From Podarcis erhardii (taxonomy: Eukaryota): a DNA stretch of 64,000 nucleotides. The notes under the pieces are model-generated. The model searched no databases and was not told the origin of the DNA. It saw nothing but the letters and a program-made list of their open reading frames with translations. The stretch lies in assembly GCA_964252035.1 (NCBI GenBank), contig OZ176214.1; one strand, written 5' to 3'. Shown piece after piece: positions 61,790-64,000 of this stretch (position 1 is the stretch's first letter; each line of letters opens with the position of its first letter). The translations under genes were made by a program, and so were the position numbers.

Positions 61790-64000
61790 ACTCATCTAAG
61801 GTCACATATGACCTCAGTTAGGATGGAGGATGTGGGTTTGCCAAAATGGTCTTGTGGACCAAATGGGGAAGTCTGATAAGCTACAGTTTCCCCACTGCTG
61901 GTTTTGTGGGTATCAGCAGGGGATATACATAGGACATCTCAAGAACTCCAAGTCCTACAACGCTGACCAAGCAGAGTCAAAAGGCTAGGCTCCAAGTATG
62001 TATACCAGGCCTGGCCAATCCAGATATGCTTTGTTGTCTGCCAATCACAAGAGAAGAAGTTGGACACCTGAAATACTCTTCTGGTCCTGAAAGGGCTTTG
62101 AACTCTGAAAGCACACAATTCAGATAATCTCCTAGAATTGATGTCATTCTCAGTCTCTGATGACATGCAGTTCTTAATATATTGCCAAAATTCTTTTTCC
62201 CAAAAAGAGCACATTACTGGACCTCTACTTTATTTAACTTTATTTTATAAATTGTAATCCTAAAATTTATTTTATAAAGTGTAACCCTAAACCACCAACT
62301 ATTTAAAAATATCCTTATGTACAACAAAATCATTAAAACATAAAATAATAAAATACAGAGTATTGGTTCCAGCAATACTCTGTTGACTCCACAGCAATCT
62401 CCTGTGAATTTGATTTACTGACTTTTTTTCAGAAGCTTCTAGGCGCTGATAGTGACTATATTTTGGGTCAGTGGCTATGCTTGGGACCAAATGTATCATT
62501 TTAGTATCACTGGAAAAGCTTTCCTTTTTTCCTTTTACACTGATAATCAGGTAAATCCACCCTTCCCTATAAAGTGAACATATTTTCAGGAGGCTCAGAT
62601 TCAAGGACTAAGTAACAAACACTTCAAATAAACTCCAAAGTCTGCATGCACAGCACTGTGAAATCTATACAAGGAAGGCAGAAACAATCCAGTCTCATCT
62701 TCAGTGGCAATAAACCTTCTTGCAGCTGTAGGAAAGGTAGGCAGCCTAAAGATAAGTTGTTGGGGATAAAAAGGTGATATTTATAGTGCCAATGTTTTCC
62801 TTATTCATAAATCAAGCCAAGCTTGGAATGAAATTTCAACATAAAACCCCAATCTCTTTTTAAAAATGGGGGATGCAAGAAATGGAAGGAGAAGTTGAAA
62901 AAAGAAGTTCCAATTAAAATGAATTATTCTACAACATAGTGGTAAATATATTGAGGGGCAAGTGGGAATGTCTGCATGAGCTACACCAGCAGCCAACATG
63001 GACCCTTCCAGATATTGGACTTGACCGTCCCCCAATCAGCCATAACCAGTAGGTACAATGCTCAAAGGTGATGGGAGAGGCACCAAGCTTGCTTTCCCTG
63101 AGCTACAACATTTGGCAGATCTATTAGCCATGTCCTAGCAGCCAAAAAATCAGCATCATTATGAAAGGGAGTTTATGTGCATTAAGAAGTATGTGCATAA
63201 GGCTCATTCAAGGGGAAGAGGAGACGTAACCCTGCTTTCTCTTCTGCCATTCTATTTCCCGCTACAAATGTGGTCAATTAGAAGCCTCATGTGTCTACTA
63301 GAGACCTTCTTAGTACAAACATTGTCACTTTTAACTTCATAACTGCAGCTATCTTATTTATTTATTTATTTATTTCACGAAATTTCTGGACCATTTGTTG
63401 TAAAAGCAAAACAAGACATCAAACCAATTTTACTATTGGTGCTATATAACAGTGTCAGCTGTAATACTGTAAGAATGGGCTATAGTCACTTTTAGGGGGA
63501 TGGCAGGTTTAATTTCATCTAAAATATCAAATGCTGGGATCATAATTTCAAATGTGATCTCTTCTGAATATTCTGAAAACACTTGCCCTCTGACATTTCA
63601 AGGTAATAAATTGGCAAGCCTGCTGCTTAGCTCAAGGGTACCTATCCTGTATTTGCTATGCAAGTGATCCCCCACCTTCTGACAACTCTACACTGTGTTA
63701 ACAGAAATGGGGTCTTATCAAGTCATGTCAAGGTTTCAGGGACTATGAGTCCCATCTTCCCTTTTGAGATGTAAAGGAGAATCATATAAACACAGTGCTG
63801 GAATTAATATTCATTGCCTATTTCTTGAGAATGATAGAAAGCTCTCCCCAAACCAATCTGACATCGCAATATGAACAGATTGAGCATCAGAAATAGAGCA
63901 AAGTCTGAAGCAAATATTTATTCCTTTCACAGTAGTCAACCAGATGCCAATAAGAAGCCTGTAAGCAGGGCCTAAGTGCAAAAGCTTTTTCTTCACTTGC

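Noticed and set aside
1-64000. Window as part of EXOC6B, the large gene next to SPR in human
   Set aside because: None of the exon candidates matches the EXOC6B protein as I recall it, so local capture cannot be supported from this window.

Overview
Vertebrate genomic DNA from a squamate reptile, most likely a lacertid lizard. The taxon is inferred from the repeat content: Sauria SINEs with (ACCTTT)n tails, Squam2/Squam3-like SINEs, BovB, young L2, CR1, L1, and hAT and Tc1/mariner MITEs. The window is CpG-poor, repeat-dense intronic or intergenic sequence. I could not confidently assign an intact host gene; I found only a TATA/Inr/AP-1 promoter-like first exon and a few orphan exon candidates. 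The standout is a 760-bp non-autonomous hAT element (25836-26595; TIRs and a perfect 8-bp TSD). Its interior is a captured genomic fragment of the sepiapterin reductase (SPR) gene: upstream region, all of coding exon 1 and the apparent start of intron 1. This is a Pack-MULE/Pack-TIR-like gene-capture element. Also present are an internally deleted Mag-like Gypsy LTR element with both LTRs, PBS, PPT and TSD, and two SINE dimers sharing a truncated-then-full-length layout with triplicated target sites. All alignments and family names were done by eye or from memory and need database confirmation.
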